A stretch of DNA of 64,000 bases from an uncultured Collinsella sp. Its GTDB lineage: Bacteria > Actinomycetota > Coriobacteriia > Coriobacteriales > Coriobacteriaceae. The stretch's first letter is position 1. Each line of letters opens with the position of its first letter. Under the pieces are notes generated by a model. That model was not told the origin of the DNA, did not search any database, and saw only the letters and a list, made by a program, of their open reading frames with translations. The DNA lies in the NCBI GenBank assembly GCA_958445895.1, contig CAUCTV010000004.1:716-64715 (forward strand), read 5' to 3'. Both the position numbers and the translations under genes were made by a program. Below are positions 21,990-32,153 of this stretch, piece after piece.

Positions 21990-24900
21990 GTGTTTTCTAA
22001 ATATCCTCAACATATGGCTTCGCACAAGAACGCGGCGTCGGCCAAATTAAAAGGCCCGCGGAATGCGTCCGCGGGCGTTCAGCATGCCGCTAAAAATATG
22101 TATCGCGCAAAGCCTTTGGCTGTAACGCGCGTTGTGGCAGCGGCGGTTTCGGTTGCTGCGGTCGGCGTATTTGGCGCGGTCGCCTTTGAGTTGGCTCAGA
22201 GTAATCTGAGCTTCGATCCTTCGGGGTATATCGCTGCATACAGTCACGGTGACGCGGAGTCCGGCGAGGCGTATCGGATCAGTCCGCTCTCGACGGATGC
22301 CGAGGCAAATCGTCATGACGAGGATAGCGACAGCCGGGACACGAGCGCACGTGAGCAGCAGGCGCGGCTCGATAATGCGCAGGGACAGGTAAATCTGACG
22401 GGGCAAAGCGGCACGACCGCCTACAACGTTACCGGCAGCGCCGATGGAACGGGCGTAGGAGTTGCGGGTGGTTCGGGCAGCGGCGCGGGCGGCACTGGCG
22501 GCTCGGGAGGCGGGCAAAACGTTCCCGTTATCAATGCGGGCGGAGCATCTGGCGGCAATGCCGGCGGCGGTGCGGGCGGAAACGGTTCGGGCGGTAACGG
22601 CGGTAGTGGCGGCTCGGCCACCTCGACGGCCAATTCCTACAAGTATCTTCTTGCGGACCCCGCGCCCCAAAAGGGTGCCCCCATGGGAGACGCAACGTTC
22701 TTTACGCAGTTTAACGGTGCAAATGGATTGATCGATCCCCATGAGGTGCAGATTTCACCCATGGAGGATGCAATCTACGATGGGCAGATGCTCGACGCCT
22801 GGACGCTGTTCTGCGCCATGGATGTCCACTGGAGTGACGACAAGGGCCTCTACTATCTTGCCTGCACCAAGGACGAGTTCGCCTCGTTTCCGTATCTCCG
22901 CATCGACTCGTGGACCAATGCCGCGGGCGAGAAGAATCCGGCGCTGTGCTCGAGCCAGCTGCTCACGGTAAGCGTCTCGCTGCGCTTGTCGCAGGATACG
23001 GCGTGGACGACGCGTAACGTTACCATCCAACCGGCGCGGTCGCGCCTGTTTGTGGTCGGCCAGCCCGATTCGATGGGCCAGCGAAGCGTGATTTGGAGCA
23101 CGCTGAGCTCCAAGGAGAACCTGCTGGGTGTCAACACACAAGAAGCCTTTATGAAGCAGGCGGGCCATGTCGATTCGGGGGGCTACCTCAATGCCTTGTT
23201 GCTGGGGTGGCGCGAGAACGAGGCGGCCGTCCCGTATTTCTACACGCTGACACCCGGTCGCCATGTGGTGGTTCCCGGCGACATCGTGTCCATCGACCCC
23301 GCCTACAAGGTGCGTTTTCAGGGTTATGCTCTCGACGAGGACTATCGCTTTGACGACGACCCTACCAGCCTCAATAACTCACGCCTGCAGACGCTTGTCG
23401 ATGTGGATGAGTCGGTCGTGTCGGTCGATGGCGGGGGCGAGACGCTCAGCGTTCCGCAGGGTGTGCAGGCGGTCGACGCCTATACCGACAGTCGTCAGCG
23501 TGAAGTCTTTACGTGGCGGATCAACAATCTAGAGCTACCGTCCTCGGTGTACTACGTCAACGTCAATGCGGGCTTTCAAGTGCTCGATGCCTACCGTGTC
23601 GCGTCGGATAACCCCGTCTATGCCGCAACGGATGAGGGTATCTTGACCTCTCGCGATGGCAAGGAGTATCTGGGCGTTCCCTACCATACGCGCGAGCTCG
23701 ATGTTCCCGCCGATATTGCCCATGTCGTCATTCCCGATCGCAATAAGCTCGATCGTATTGTTCTGCACGCGTCCAAAGAGGGCGAGTTGCCCCAGATTGA
23801 CGTGAGCAATCTGCAGGACTGCACCCTGGTCGTCGACGATGCCGCGCTGCTCGATTTTATTACCGAGCACGCGGACGAACTAGAGAATGCCTACGGCGTA
23901 TACGTGTCGCCCGCGACCAACCCCAGTGTCCAGCTCACGTACTCACAGGGGCTGGTGTACAACATTAATTCGCAGCTCGAAAGCGACCTGTGCTATGTGC
24001 TCGATACGGGTTCCAATATTGCCCTGGTGCAGATTTCCAACACCATCAAGAAGGGTGCCTTTGCGGGCAACACTTCGGTGGACACGCTGGTACTCATGCC
24101 GTGGTTTGACGATAAGGTGACGCTCGAGGACGGCAGTCTTGAGGGCGGTTCCGTGCGGACCATCGTGTGCGCAACCGATGAGCAGGTCGCGTATGTCGAA
24201 CAGCGCAAGGCTGCCGCCGGTGCACCCGATGCGCGCGTGATTAAGATGAGCCTGTCTCAAGACGGATACTTGTATTATGCCAACGCCGACAAGACGATTT
24301 TGCTGTCCGCTGCAGGCGATGAGGATGGCAACCTGTCCGCGACCTTTGACGGCACCTTGCTTGCGGATGGCGGCAAGCAGCTCCAAGTAGATTCCATCGC
24401 ACCGTATGCTTTCTCGGGCGATGCGGAGCTCAGGTTTGTCAATCTGGGCGAGAAGACGAGTGCCATCGGCCGTAACGCGTTTGAGAACTGCCAAAACCTT
24501 CAAGGTGTGTTTATCGGCACGCCCGATAGCATTGAGGTGGGTGCCGATGTCTTTAAGGGCTGCACGGGCCTGGGCTTTGTGGCGTCGAGTGCTAAAAAGG
24601 CTGTCTTTGCCACGACCGAGAATCCCAATCCGGCCGGCTGCACCTGGTATGCGCCCGATGGCGAGCTGCAGGGCTACGACAGCCGCTTTGTCACTGTCGA
24701 CGGCATTTACGATTTTGCTTGCGATGCCCAAAGCGACGACGCGCCCCTTCTCTACGGCTATTACGATGGCGACGAGGAAGGCAAGCCAAGCATCCTGCTC
24801 GGTGCGCCCTCGATGCTCAACGGTACGATTGAGCTGCTGCCGAGTACGATTGAGATCTTTGGCGGCTATTCCTTGTCTGGCGCCAAGGACCTGCCTGGTG

Positions 24901-26237
24901 CCTTTGAGGGGACCGGAGGCGCGTGGGGTGTCGATTGGGCTTCGGCTCCCAAGCTGGCATATATCGATCGCTATGCCTTCAGGAATTCCGGCATCGCCGG
25001 CGACCTGAACATCGATCTTCCCGATAACGATATCTACGTCGGCGTGTCGGCGTTCGAAGGCTGTACGAATCTTGTCTCGGCGTCTGTGCACGCGGCAACG
25101 ATCGAAATCAGCGATCAGGCATTCATGGGCTGCCCGAGGCTCGCGAGTGCATCGTTTGTGGCGGATACCAATGGCGACTACGACGCAGCTACGGGTGCGG
25201 GCTCTCGAAACTACCTGGCATCATCGGTGTTTGGCAACGATGTCAACTTTACGAACTTGACGGTCGGCGCCGGTATCGCGACGCTGGGCTATCCGTCGCC
25301 AGGCGTGGGCTTCTTCTTGGACGGCGCAACCGATGTCCAAGAGGAGGCCAGCCGCATTCGCCTGTCGGTGCCCAGCGGCATGGAGCAGGACTATCTCAAT
25401 GCATGGGTCTACGGACTCATTGGCTACGACGACTACGACACGTATTATGGCGTTGTGGAATTTGGCATGCTCTCCGATTGGTTTATGGGGGAGGGTCCGG
25501 AGCCGACGGCCGATGCGGTTAGGGCGCAGATGGCTCAGAACCTATTGGAGCCCGAGAATCGCCTGCGAACCATGATGGGGCTGCCGCTGGTCGAGGCCTC
25601 TACGGTAATACAGGCGGGTGGCGATGCGGCCGAGAGCCATGAATGGGAGATAGAGGACAACGGTGACGGTACTGCCGCGCTGGTCTCGGCGCCGTCTGAT
25701 ATCGAACGGGCCGATTTAGCGAGTGTGTTGACGGAGCCAACCGTAATCGACTCGAACGCCTTCTCGCACTGTTCGAACCTCACCGAGATTGCACTGTGCG
25801 ATAAGGTGGTCGGCATCCAGAGCGGTGCGTTTGCGGGCTGCAGCGGCGTGACGGTGACGCTGCCTACTGGCTGTCCGCTGCCGGAGTTGCTGGGCGGGAT
25901 GGAGAGCATGCCGTTCTCGTTTGGCGGCAACGTAGTGCTCGATATCGCCGAGGCCGATCGCGAGCCGCTGCTCAAGACGTGGTCTCGTCAGATGGTGGGG
26001 GTTGCCACAGACGACGAGGAGGCCGACTACGTTGAGAGCAAGTGGTTCGGCAACGTCAACATGGATACGTTTGAGTCGCCGACGTTCGATGTGCTCAATA
26101 AGGCCGTAAATGAGCCCATCATGGAGTGCGAGAATCGCTTGCGCTCGCTGATGGGCATGGAGGCCATAAGCGATATCGGCGAGCTCGGCGACCCCATTGA
26201 TATCAATAAGTATCCGCAATATTGGATCGCCGGCTAG
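21990..26237 (+). CDS. Large membrane-anchored BspA/TpLRR-type (LRR_5) surface protein
   Basis: Basic N-terminus + one TM, Gly-rich linker, repeats such as IAPYAFSG..EL, IGRNAFENCQNL, VGVSAFEGCTNL, ISDQAFMGC, IDSNAFSHCSNL. Confidence 0.85.
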   Translation: MFSKYPQHMASHKNAASAKLKGPRNASAGVQHAAKNMYRAKPLAVTRVVAAAVSVAAVGVFGAVAFELAQSNLSFDPSGYIAAYSHGDAESGEAYRISPLSTDAEANRHDEDSDSRDTSAREQQARLDNAQGQVNLTGQSGTTAYNVTGSADGTGVGVAGGSGSGAGGTGGSGGGQNVPVINAGGASGGNAGGGAGGNGSGGNGGSGGSATSTANSYKYLLADPAPQKGAPMGDATFFTQFNGANGLIDPHEVQISPMEDAIYDGQMLDAWTLFCAMDVHWSDDKGLYYLACTKDEFASFPYLRIDSWTNAAGEKNPALCSSQLLTVSVSLRLSQDTAWTTRNVTIQPARSRLFVVGQPDSMGQRSVIWSTLSSKENLLGVNTQEAFMKQAGHVDSGGYLNALLLGWRENEAAVPYFYTLTPGRHVVVPGDIVSIDPAYKVRFQGYALDEDYRFDDDPTSLNNSRLQTLVDVDESVVSVDGGGETLSVPQGVQAVDAYTDSRQREVFTWRINNLELPSSVYYVNVNAGFQVLDAYRVASDNPVYAATDEGILTSRDGKEYLGVPYHTRELDVPADIAHVVIPDRNKLDRIVLHASKEGELPQIDVSNLQDCTLVVDDAALLDFITEHADELENAYGVYVSPATNPSVQLTYSQGLVYNINSQLESDLCYVLDTGSNIALVQISNTIKKGAFAGNTSVDTLVLMPWFDDKVTLEDGSLEGGSVRTIVCATDEQVAYVEQRKAAAGAPDARVIKMSLSQDGYLYYANADKTILLSAAGDEDGNLSATFDGTLLADGGKQLQVDSIAPYAFSGDAELRFVNLGEKTSAIGRNAFENCQNLQGVFIGTPDSIEVGADVFKGCTGLGFVASSAKKAVFATTENPNPAGCTWYAPDGELQGYDSRFVTVDGIYDFACDAQSDDAPLLYGYYDGDEEGKPSILLGAPSMLNGTIELLPSTIEIFGGYSLSGAKDLPGAFEGTGGAWGVDWASAPKLAYIDRYAFRNSGIAGDLNIDLPDNDIYVGVSAFEGCTNLVSASVHAATIEISDQAFMGCPRLASASFVADTNGDYDAATGAGSRNYLASSVFGNDVNFTNLTVGAGIATLGYPSPGVGFFLDGATDVQEEASRIRLSVPSGMEQDYLNAWVYGLIGYDDYDTYYGVVEFGMLSDWFMGEGPEPTADAVRAQMAQNLLEPENRLRTMMGLPLVEASTVIQAGGDAAESHEWEIEDNGDGTAALVSAPSDIERADLASVLTEPTVIDSNAFSHCSNLTEIALCDKVVGIQSGAFAGCSGVTVTLPTGCPLPELLGGMESMPFSFGGNVVLDIAEADREPLLKTWSRQMVGVATDDEEADYVESKWFGNVNMDTFESPTFDVLNKAVNEPIMECENRLRSLMGMEAISDIGELGDPIDINKYPQYWIAG

Positions 26238-26242
26238 GCAGG

Positions 26243-26971
26243 TTATGAAGCGAGGCAGCCCCAGTCGATGGGGCTGCTGCCGTTTTGCTCGAGCAATTCA
26301 TTGGCTGCCGAGAAGGGACGCGACCCCATAAAAGCGGGGAGTTCTGCCGTGGCACGGTTGGCCGAAAGCGGCGAGGGGTGCGTGGAGGCAAGGCAGAACT
26401 TGCCGCCCGCCTTGCCCGCGCCGGTCGCGGCGAGCTTGCCCTCGACCATCTGCTGGGCAAAGCGGCCCCATGCCAAAAAGACGACCGGCTGGGGCAGCTG
26501 ACAGCAGCGTTCGATAACGTAGTCGGTGAGCGTGCTCCAGCCCAGCTTGGCGTGCGAGTTCGCGGCATGTTCGCGCACGGTGAGCGTCGTGTTGAGAAGC
26601 AGGACGCCCTGTTGTGCCCAGGGGGTTAGGTCTCCCGTGGCGGGAATGGGGCAGCCCAGATCGGCGTTGAGTTCCTTATAGATGTTGCGCAGGCTCGGCG
26701 GCAACTTGGTTTGCGTCGCAGGCACCGAGAACGACAGCCCCATGGCCTGGTTGGGCCCGTGATAGGGGTCTTGGCCCAGGATGACTACCTTGACCAGGTC
26801 GGCCGGCGTGTAGGCGAGGGCATTGAGGATGTCGTCTTGTGCCGGGTAGATGGTCTGCTCGGCACGCAGAAGGGCGATGCGCTCGAGTAGCTGGTTCGTA
26901 GTGTCACGTACCGGCTGCGGCGCATCGCCCAACCAAGTTGCTATGTTGCGGTCGCGAGTTGCAGCGTCCAT
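26243..26971 (-). CDS. ung: Uracil-DNA glycosylase (family 1)
   Basis: VVILGQDPYH, GLSFSV, PPSLRNIYKEL, GVLLLN, HPSPLS. Confidence 0.97.
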   Translation of the reverse strand: MDAATRDRNIATWLGDAPQPVRDTTNQLLERIALLRAEQTIYPAQDDILNALAYTPADLVKVVILGQDPYHGPNQAMGLSFSVPATQTKLPPSLRNIYKELNADLGCPIPATGDLTPWAQQGVLLLNTTLTVREHAANSHAKLGWSTLTDYVIERCCQLPQPVVFLAWGRFAQQMVEGKLAATGAGKAGGKFCLASTHPSPLSANRATAELPAFMGSRPFSAANELLEQNGSSPIDWGCLAS

Positions 26972-27057
26972 GGAACTCCTTTAGGGCAGATGCTTTGTCG
27001 GCATCTATTGTAAAGGCGTCAGAGACCTTTATGCCGCGGCTGTATGAGGAGTGGGGT

Positions 27058-27960
27058 CTACGAGACGTGCTCGGGCGCTGCCGCCATATGAGCATGCCCA
27101 TGTGCGCGAAGGCGCGGAAGCTCGACAGTTGCCACCATGACGCCGGTGAGGATGAGGGCAGCGCCAAGGAAGGCGATAGGGCTCAGGACCTCGCCGACCA
27201 GGAAAAACGAGAAGACGGCGGAGCAGACCGGCTCGAGCGAGAAGGCGAAGCCAGTGGTTTCGGCAGGTACGTGGGGCTGCACGAGCGTCTGGGTGATAAA
27301 GCCGTAGGCAGAGCAGATGAGTGCGAGTGCAACGATAACGACGATCTCGCTCGGCGTGCTGGGAAGCGTGAAGCCGCCAAAGGTAAATGCGGCGATACCC
27401 GAGAACAAGCCGCCGAAGCCCAGCTGCCAAACGCCCAGAGCCAGCGGATCGACTTCTTCGACAAAGCGCTTGGCGATGATAATGTGGCCGGCATAGATAA
27501 AGGCCGAGAGCAGCATGATGATCGCGCCGGGATTCAGGCTGGTAAAGTCGGCGCCCGAGAGCAGCAACATGCCGCAGGTGACGATGCCGGTGCCGATGAG
27601 CACCTTGCGCTCGGGAGCGCGACGCAGCAGGGCCGCGTTGGCAAACGGCACGATTACGACCGTCAGGCTCTGCAAAAAGCCGGCGGTGGAGGCGGAGGTG
27701 AGGCTGGAGCCCAGGCACATGCAGGTGATCTCGGTTGCCATGATGGCGCCGATGATGGCGGCGCGGACCATCAGGTCACGGTTGATGCGCACCGCGTGCT
27801 TGTGGAAGAGCAGCAGGCAGGCCGCAAAGGCGATGATGCAGCGCAGCGCGACGATGCTCGTGGCGTTCATGCTGTCCATGCCGATCTTCATGAGGGGGTA
27901 CGAAAAGCCCCATGCGACGGGAACGGAAAATGAGAGCGCGATTGCTTTTTTGCGATCCAT
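27058..27960 (-). CDS. DMT/EamA family transporter
   Basis: 10-TM two-repeat pattern, WGFSY..MK, LEPVCSA. Confidence 0.9.
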   Translation of the reverse strand: MDRKKAIALSFSVPVAWGFSYPLMKIGMDSMNATSIVALRCIIAFAACLLLFHKHAVRINRDLMVRAAIIGAIMATEITCMCLGSSLTSASTAGFLQSLTVVIVPFANAALLRRAPERKVLIGTGIVTCGMLLLSGADFTSLNPGAIIMLLSAFIYAGHIIIAKRFVEEVDPLALGVWQLGFGGLFSGIAAFTFGGFTLPSTPSEIVVIVALALICSAYGFITQTLVQPHVPAETTGFAFSLEPVCSAVFSFFLVGEVLSPIAFLGAALILTGVMVATVELPRLRAHGHAHMAAAPEHVS

Positions 27961-28040
27961 GGGACTCCTTTTGTTACAGAACGGTTTCGCAAAAAGGATT
28001 CTGCTCCCAGATATGGATGTAGTAAAGCGAATGTATCTTC

Positions 28041-28062
28041 AGTATGATTAAGAAATACTAAT
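28041..28062. promoter_or_regulatory. Possible LysR binding site in divergent promoter
   Basis: AT-rich AGTAT-N9-ATACT and ATTA-N8-TAAT dyads between the divergent DMT and LysR genes. Confidence 0.35.
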
Positions 28063-28118
28063 GTTGGAAGAAAAAGCCCTGGCAAAACGTTTTACGGCTA
28101 CATCGATGTGGAGGCACG

Positions 28119-28985
28119 ATGGCATCGCGGTATCAGATTGTATGTATGGTGGTCGATTGCGGCAGCCTGAAACGTGCCGCCGACGAGCTGGGCTATACGC
28201 AAAGTGCGGTGAGCCAGGCCGTCAAGGCGCTCGAGCGCGAGCTGGGCACCACGATTATCGAGCGTGGCAAGCAGGGCGTCTCACTGACGCGCGACGGCAA
28301 ACAGTATCTGCCGTATCTGCGCCAGATCGTTACAGCCGAGGCCGAGCTTGAGGGCAAGCGTCAGGAGTTGCTGGGGCTTTCGTCGACCGACATTCGCATT
28401 GCGACGTTTACCAACGTGAGTCGTACTGTGTTGCCGCGTGTGATCCGCGACTTTGGGGCCCTGCATCCGGGCGTGCGCTTTACCCTCAAGCAGGGCGATT
28501 ACACGCGCAATGCCCAGTGGGTGCACGATGGCATGGTCGACTTTTGCTTTACAGCGCGTGGATTTACCGAGGGGCTCGAGAAACGCGTGGTCTATCACGA
28601 CGAGCTGGTGGCGCTGTTGCCAGCCGTCCATCCACTGGCGGCAAAGGAAAAGGCGACGCTTGCCGACCTGGCGTCCGAACCGTTTGTGCTGCTGGATGAG
28701 GGCGAACAGAGTCTGGTGCTCGATGCGTTTGCCGCGCACGGGCTATCGCCGCATGTGACGAGTGAGGTCACCGATGACTACACCATTATGGCGATGGTGG
28801 AGGAGGGCCTCGGTGTGAGCATGCTCTACCGCCGTACCGTCGAGGGCATGCGGGCCGATATTTGTGTGCGCCCCATCGTGCATGCTCCCTCGCGCGACGT
28901 CGTGGCGGCTTGGCGCAGCTGGGACACCATGCCTATCGCCACGAGGCGCTTTATCGACTATATGAGCTCGCATATTGTCAATTAA
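28119..28985 (+). CDS. LysR-family transcriptional regulator
   Basis: GSLKRAADELGYTQSAVSQAVKALERELG HTH; MVEEGLGVS. Confidence 0.94.
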   Translation: MASRYQIVCMVVDCGSLKRAADELGYTQSAVSQAVKALERELGTTIIERGKQGVSLTRDGKQYLPYLRQIVTAEAELEGKRQELLGLSSTDIRIATFTNVSRTVLPRVIRDFGALHPGVRFTLKQGDYTRNAQWVHDGMVDFCFTARGFTEGLEKRVVYHDELVALLPAVHPLAAKEKATLADLASEPFVLLDEGEQSLVLDAFAAHGLSPHVTSEVTDDYTIMAMVEEGLGVSMLYRRTVEGMRADICVRPIVHAPSRDVVAAWRSWDTMPIATRRFIDYMSSHIVN

Positions 28986-29012
28986 TGACTGGCGTGGCGT
29001 TGAGTGTGGTGA

Positions 29013-30395
29013 TTAGCGGGCTGTCGCTTTGGCTTGGGCGGCGCGATAGGTGCGTGCCGGGTGGCAGAGTAGTACCGCCACGACCATAAAGAACGCCGTG
29101 GTGCCCAGGCTGATGGGGTAGACCATCATGATGTTCGCAAAGGTGCGGAAGTGCGGGAACACGCAGAATACCCAATAGAAGCGAATACCGCAGACACAGA
29201 TCATGGTGATGAGGGCGGGCATGAGCGAGATGCCAAAGCCGCGCAGGTAGCCGGACATATTCTCGTAGAACATGCTAAAGGCGTATGCCGGGAAGATCGA
29301 GCACACACGGATATAGCCGATCGAGACGATGTTGGGGTCGCTGTTGAACAGCGCCAGGATCTCGCGCCCCAGACCGACGATGATGACGATGGTGGTGAGT
29401 GCAACGATGCCGCCTTCGACCAGGCAGACCTTGAGCGTCTTGGTGCAGCGGTCGATCTGGCGCGCGCCGTGGTTTTGTCCCACAAAGGTAGTGCAAGCCT
29501 GACTAAAGCTGTTGAGCAGGTTGTAACACACATACTCCAGGCTCATGGCAGCGCTGGATGCCGCCATGACCTCGGTGCCCAAGCTGTTGATGGCGGACTG
29601 GATGATGATGTTAGCGACGGCAAAGACGGCGCTTTGGATGCCGGCGGGCAGGCCGATCTTAACGATGCGCTTGAGGGCGACGGGGTCTAAGCCTAAGTCG
29701 CGTGGGGTGACGCGGACGACGGAATCGGTCTTGAGCAGACGGATAAAGAGCGTGACTGCGCTGACGGTATAGGCGATGGCGGTGGCGATGGCGACACCCG
29801 CGACGCCCCAGTGGAGCACGGGGACAAAGATGAGGTCCAGGCCAATGTTGAGGACGGTGGACACGGCAAGCGCCTGCAGCGGCATGCGGGTGATGCCGAC
29901 GGAGCGGAAGATTGCGGCCTCAAAGTTGTAGAGCAAGATCGAGGGCATGCTGAGCAAAAAGACGCGCAGGTAGAGCGATGCGAGCGGCATGGTTTCGTCA
30001 GGGACGTTGAGCGCGGCGAGCATGGGCTCGGCAAAGATCTCGCCCAGCGCGATGACGACAAAGCCCACGAGTGCCATCAGAATCGAGGTATGGACGGCGC
30101 GCTTGACCATGTTCTGATCGTTGCGGCCGATGGCGTTAGCGATGACCACGTTGGAGCCAAGCGACAGCCCAATAAACAGGTTGATCATAAGACTGGTAAG
30201 CGGAACATTGGAGCCGACCGCCGCCATGGCGAGGGTTCCCTGGTCGCCCGAGAAGTTACCGATGATGACCGTGGCGATGAGGTTCGACAGCTGCTCAAGG
30301 ATGCTCGTGGCGGCGACGGGAAAGGCGAACAGGGGAATATTGCGCCACAGCGAGCCGGTGGTCATGTCAATGTGCTTAGATGCGGTGTCTGCCAT
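29013..30395 (-). CDS. MATE-family efflux transporter
   Basis: DMTTGSLW, 12 TMs, GVAGVAIAT, FVGQNHGA. Confidence 0.93.
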   Translation of the reverse strand: MADTASKHIDMTTGSLWRNIPLFAFPVAATSILEQLSNLIATVIIGNFSGDQGTLAMAAVGSNVPLTSLMINLFIGLSLGSNVVIANAIGRNDQNMVKRAVHTSILMALVGFVVIALGEIFAEPMLAALNVPDETMPLASLYLRVFLLSMPSILLYNFEAAIFRSVGITRMPLQALAVSTVLNIGLDLIFVPVLHWGVAGVAIATAIAYTVSAVTLFIRLLKTDSVVRVTPRDLGLDPVALKRIVKIGLPAGIQSAVFAVANIIIQSAINSLGTEVMAASSAAMSLEYVCYNLLNSFSQACTTFVGQNHGARQIDRCTKTLKVCLVEGGIVALTTIVIIVGLGREILALFNSDPNIVSIGYIRVCSIFPAYAFSMFYENMSGYLRGFGISLMPALITMICVCGIRFYWVFCVFPHFRTFANIMMVYPISLGTTAFFMVVAVLLCHPARTYRAAQAKATAR

Positions 30396-30456
30396 ACGCT
30401 CTCAATCTCTAACATGCTCATTTGCGCTTATTTGCGCAGACGATGATACTCCTAAT

Positions 30457-30530
30457 CGACTAGTCGGCACTTAGGGACATTCCTTTTCTGCCGGCAGCTG
30501 GGGGACACTCCTTGTCTCTTCTATGACTAG
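30457..30530. repeat. GGGAC-core REP-like repeat cluster related to 7569-7681
   Basis: CGACTAGTC, GGCACTTAGGGACATTCC and GCTGGGGGACACTCCTTG shared with the 7.6-kb cluster. Confidence 0.7.
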
Positions 30531-30586
30531 ATGGGGAAGGCGTGCGACAATGGTGGGCGTTGTGTTGTTCGCGCTAAGGAGTTGCC

Positions 30587-31399
30587 ATGTTGTTGTGTCC
30601 CGTTTGCCATGAGCCGTTGGTGGACGATGAGCGCGGTGCTGTGTGCGCGGGCGGACACCGGTTTGATCGTGCGCGCGAGGGCTATCTGTATCTACTGCGC
30701 TCGTCCAAGAGCGGCGACTCCATGGGCGATCCCAAGTCGCAGGCGCGTAGTCGTCGCGACTTTCTGAACCGCGGTTACTATGCGCCGTTGCGCGATGCGA
30801 TGGTCGAGCTGGTGCGCAAGCAGGTGTCTGGGCGCGCGGCGTCTGCAGGCGTCCCCATGACCTTGCTCGATATTTGCTGCGGCGAGGGCTACTACACTAA
30901 CGCCATGGGTGCGGTGCCGGACGTGGATGCTTACGGTTTCGACCTGGGCAAGGAGATGGTGCGCCTGGCCGCCAAGCGCGGCGATGCGACCTACTTTGTG
31001 GCCAATATGAAGGACATCCCCGTGGCCGATGGCGCCTTCGATATGGTGACCGAGCTCTTCGCTCCCTTTAACGAGCGCGAGTTTGCCCGCGTGCTGGCGC
31101 CCGAGGGCTCGCTCTACACCGTGGTGCCGGGTGCCCGTCATCTGTTTGGGCTCAAGGAGGTGCTCTACGACACGCCGTACCTTAACGACGAGAAGCTGCC
31201 GAAGACGACCGAGCTCGAGTTGGTGGGAACGCAGCGGGTGTCTGCGAACATTACGCTCCAGACCCAGGCTGACATCGAGGCGGTGTTCCAGATGACGCCG
31301 TACTACTACCGTACGCGCCCCGCCGACAAAGAGCGCCTGGCAAACCTGGACACCCTTCAAACCGATATCGACTTCATCATCGCCGAGTACCGCCACTAA
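30587..31399 (+). CDS. RlmA-like 23S rRNA m1G methyltransferase
   Basis: CPVC...C..GH.FD.AREGY zinc finger, LDICCGEGYY SAM motif, HLFGLK, MTPYY. Confidence 0.87.
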   Translation: MLLCPVCHEPLVDDERGAVCAGGHRFDRAREGYLYLLRSSKSGDSMGDPKSQARSRRDFLNRGYYAPLRDAMVELVRKQVSGRAASAGVPMTLLDICCGEGYYTNAMGAVPDVDAYGFDLGKEMVRLAAKRGDATYFVANMKDIPVADGAFDMVTELFAPFNEREFARVLAPEGSLYTVVPGARHLFGLKEVLYDTPYLNDEKLPKTTELELVGTQRVSANITLQTQADIEAVFQMTPYYYRTRPADKERLANLDTLQTDIDFIIAEYRH

Positions 31400-31451
31400 T
31401 CTACCAAAAAGGGACAGGTTTATTTTGGCAGGTTTTATCTGGGCAAATGCA
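31399..31451 (+). repeat. Single copy of the CCTGCCAA-GGGACAGG REP-like unit
   Basis: 48/53 identical to the reverse complement of 51657-51709. Confidence 0.8.
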
Positions 31452-31524
31452 AAGGGCCGACCGCGGAGATGTGCGATCGGCCCTTTTTAGTTGCTTGGCT
31501 GCAGAGGCTATGAGAAGCGAGCGC

Positions 31525-31926
31525 TTACAGGCGGTCCTTGTTCTCGGCCTTGACGGCGTGCGCCTGCTGAACAAAGAACAGGTCGTACACCACGATGACA
31601 AAGGCGCCAAAGTTGATGGCGTCGCCGCCAAACGCGGGAAGCGTGAGCACCGCCTGGGCAAGCGTGGCGACTGCAGCAACGATACCGAGCTTAAACGCGC
31701 CGTCAACCTGCGAAGGCTTGTTGGCACCCTTGATGCCCGCAACGCCCGCGGCAAGATCGATGAGGCCCTTGGCGATAATCACGGCCGCGGCGAGCATGGC
31801 GTTCGATCCGTAGGTGGACTCGAACTTGCCGGTCGCGATGCCGGCGATTCCTATGACGAGACTGGCGATGCCCAGAACAAAATAAATCAGGGCAAGGATT
31901 TTGAGTGTCTTGCGAGTGAAGCTCAT
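31525..31926 (-). CDS. Hypothetical 4-TM membrane protein
   Basis: AAAGGA RBS, ATG at 31926, four hydrophobic segments. Confidence 0.75.
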   Translation of the reverse strand: MSFTRKTLKILALIYFVLGIASLVIGIAGIATGKFESTYGSNAMLAAAVIIAKGLIDLAAGVAGIKGANKPSQVDGAFKLGIVAAVATLAQAVLTLPAFGGDAINFGAFVIVVYDLFFVQQAHAVKAENKDRL

Positions 31927-32153
31927 GGCTGGTCCTTTCGATACGAGTACGCCAACCTGGCGCACCCTATGTGCTGCACATATGGTGAAGCACATTGTAG
32001 TTCAACGCGGCGATGCATGCGCCTGAAAGCGTCTCTTGCCTGCACGGTTCAACCTTTCAAAAAGGAAAGCTGGACGTAAGTCAAATCGATGGCAGCGCAT
32101 GCGCGGCGCTGCGATGATGAGGCCATGGTAAGAGCTGGACCGAAGGAGGAGCC

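Noticed and set aside
22430..22625. Phase-variable tandem repeat in the Gly-rich stretch
   Set aside because: Codons are degenerate with no exact DNA repeat unit; it looks like a protein-level low-complexity linker
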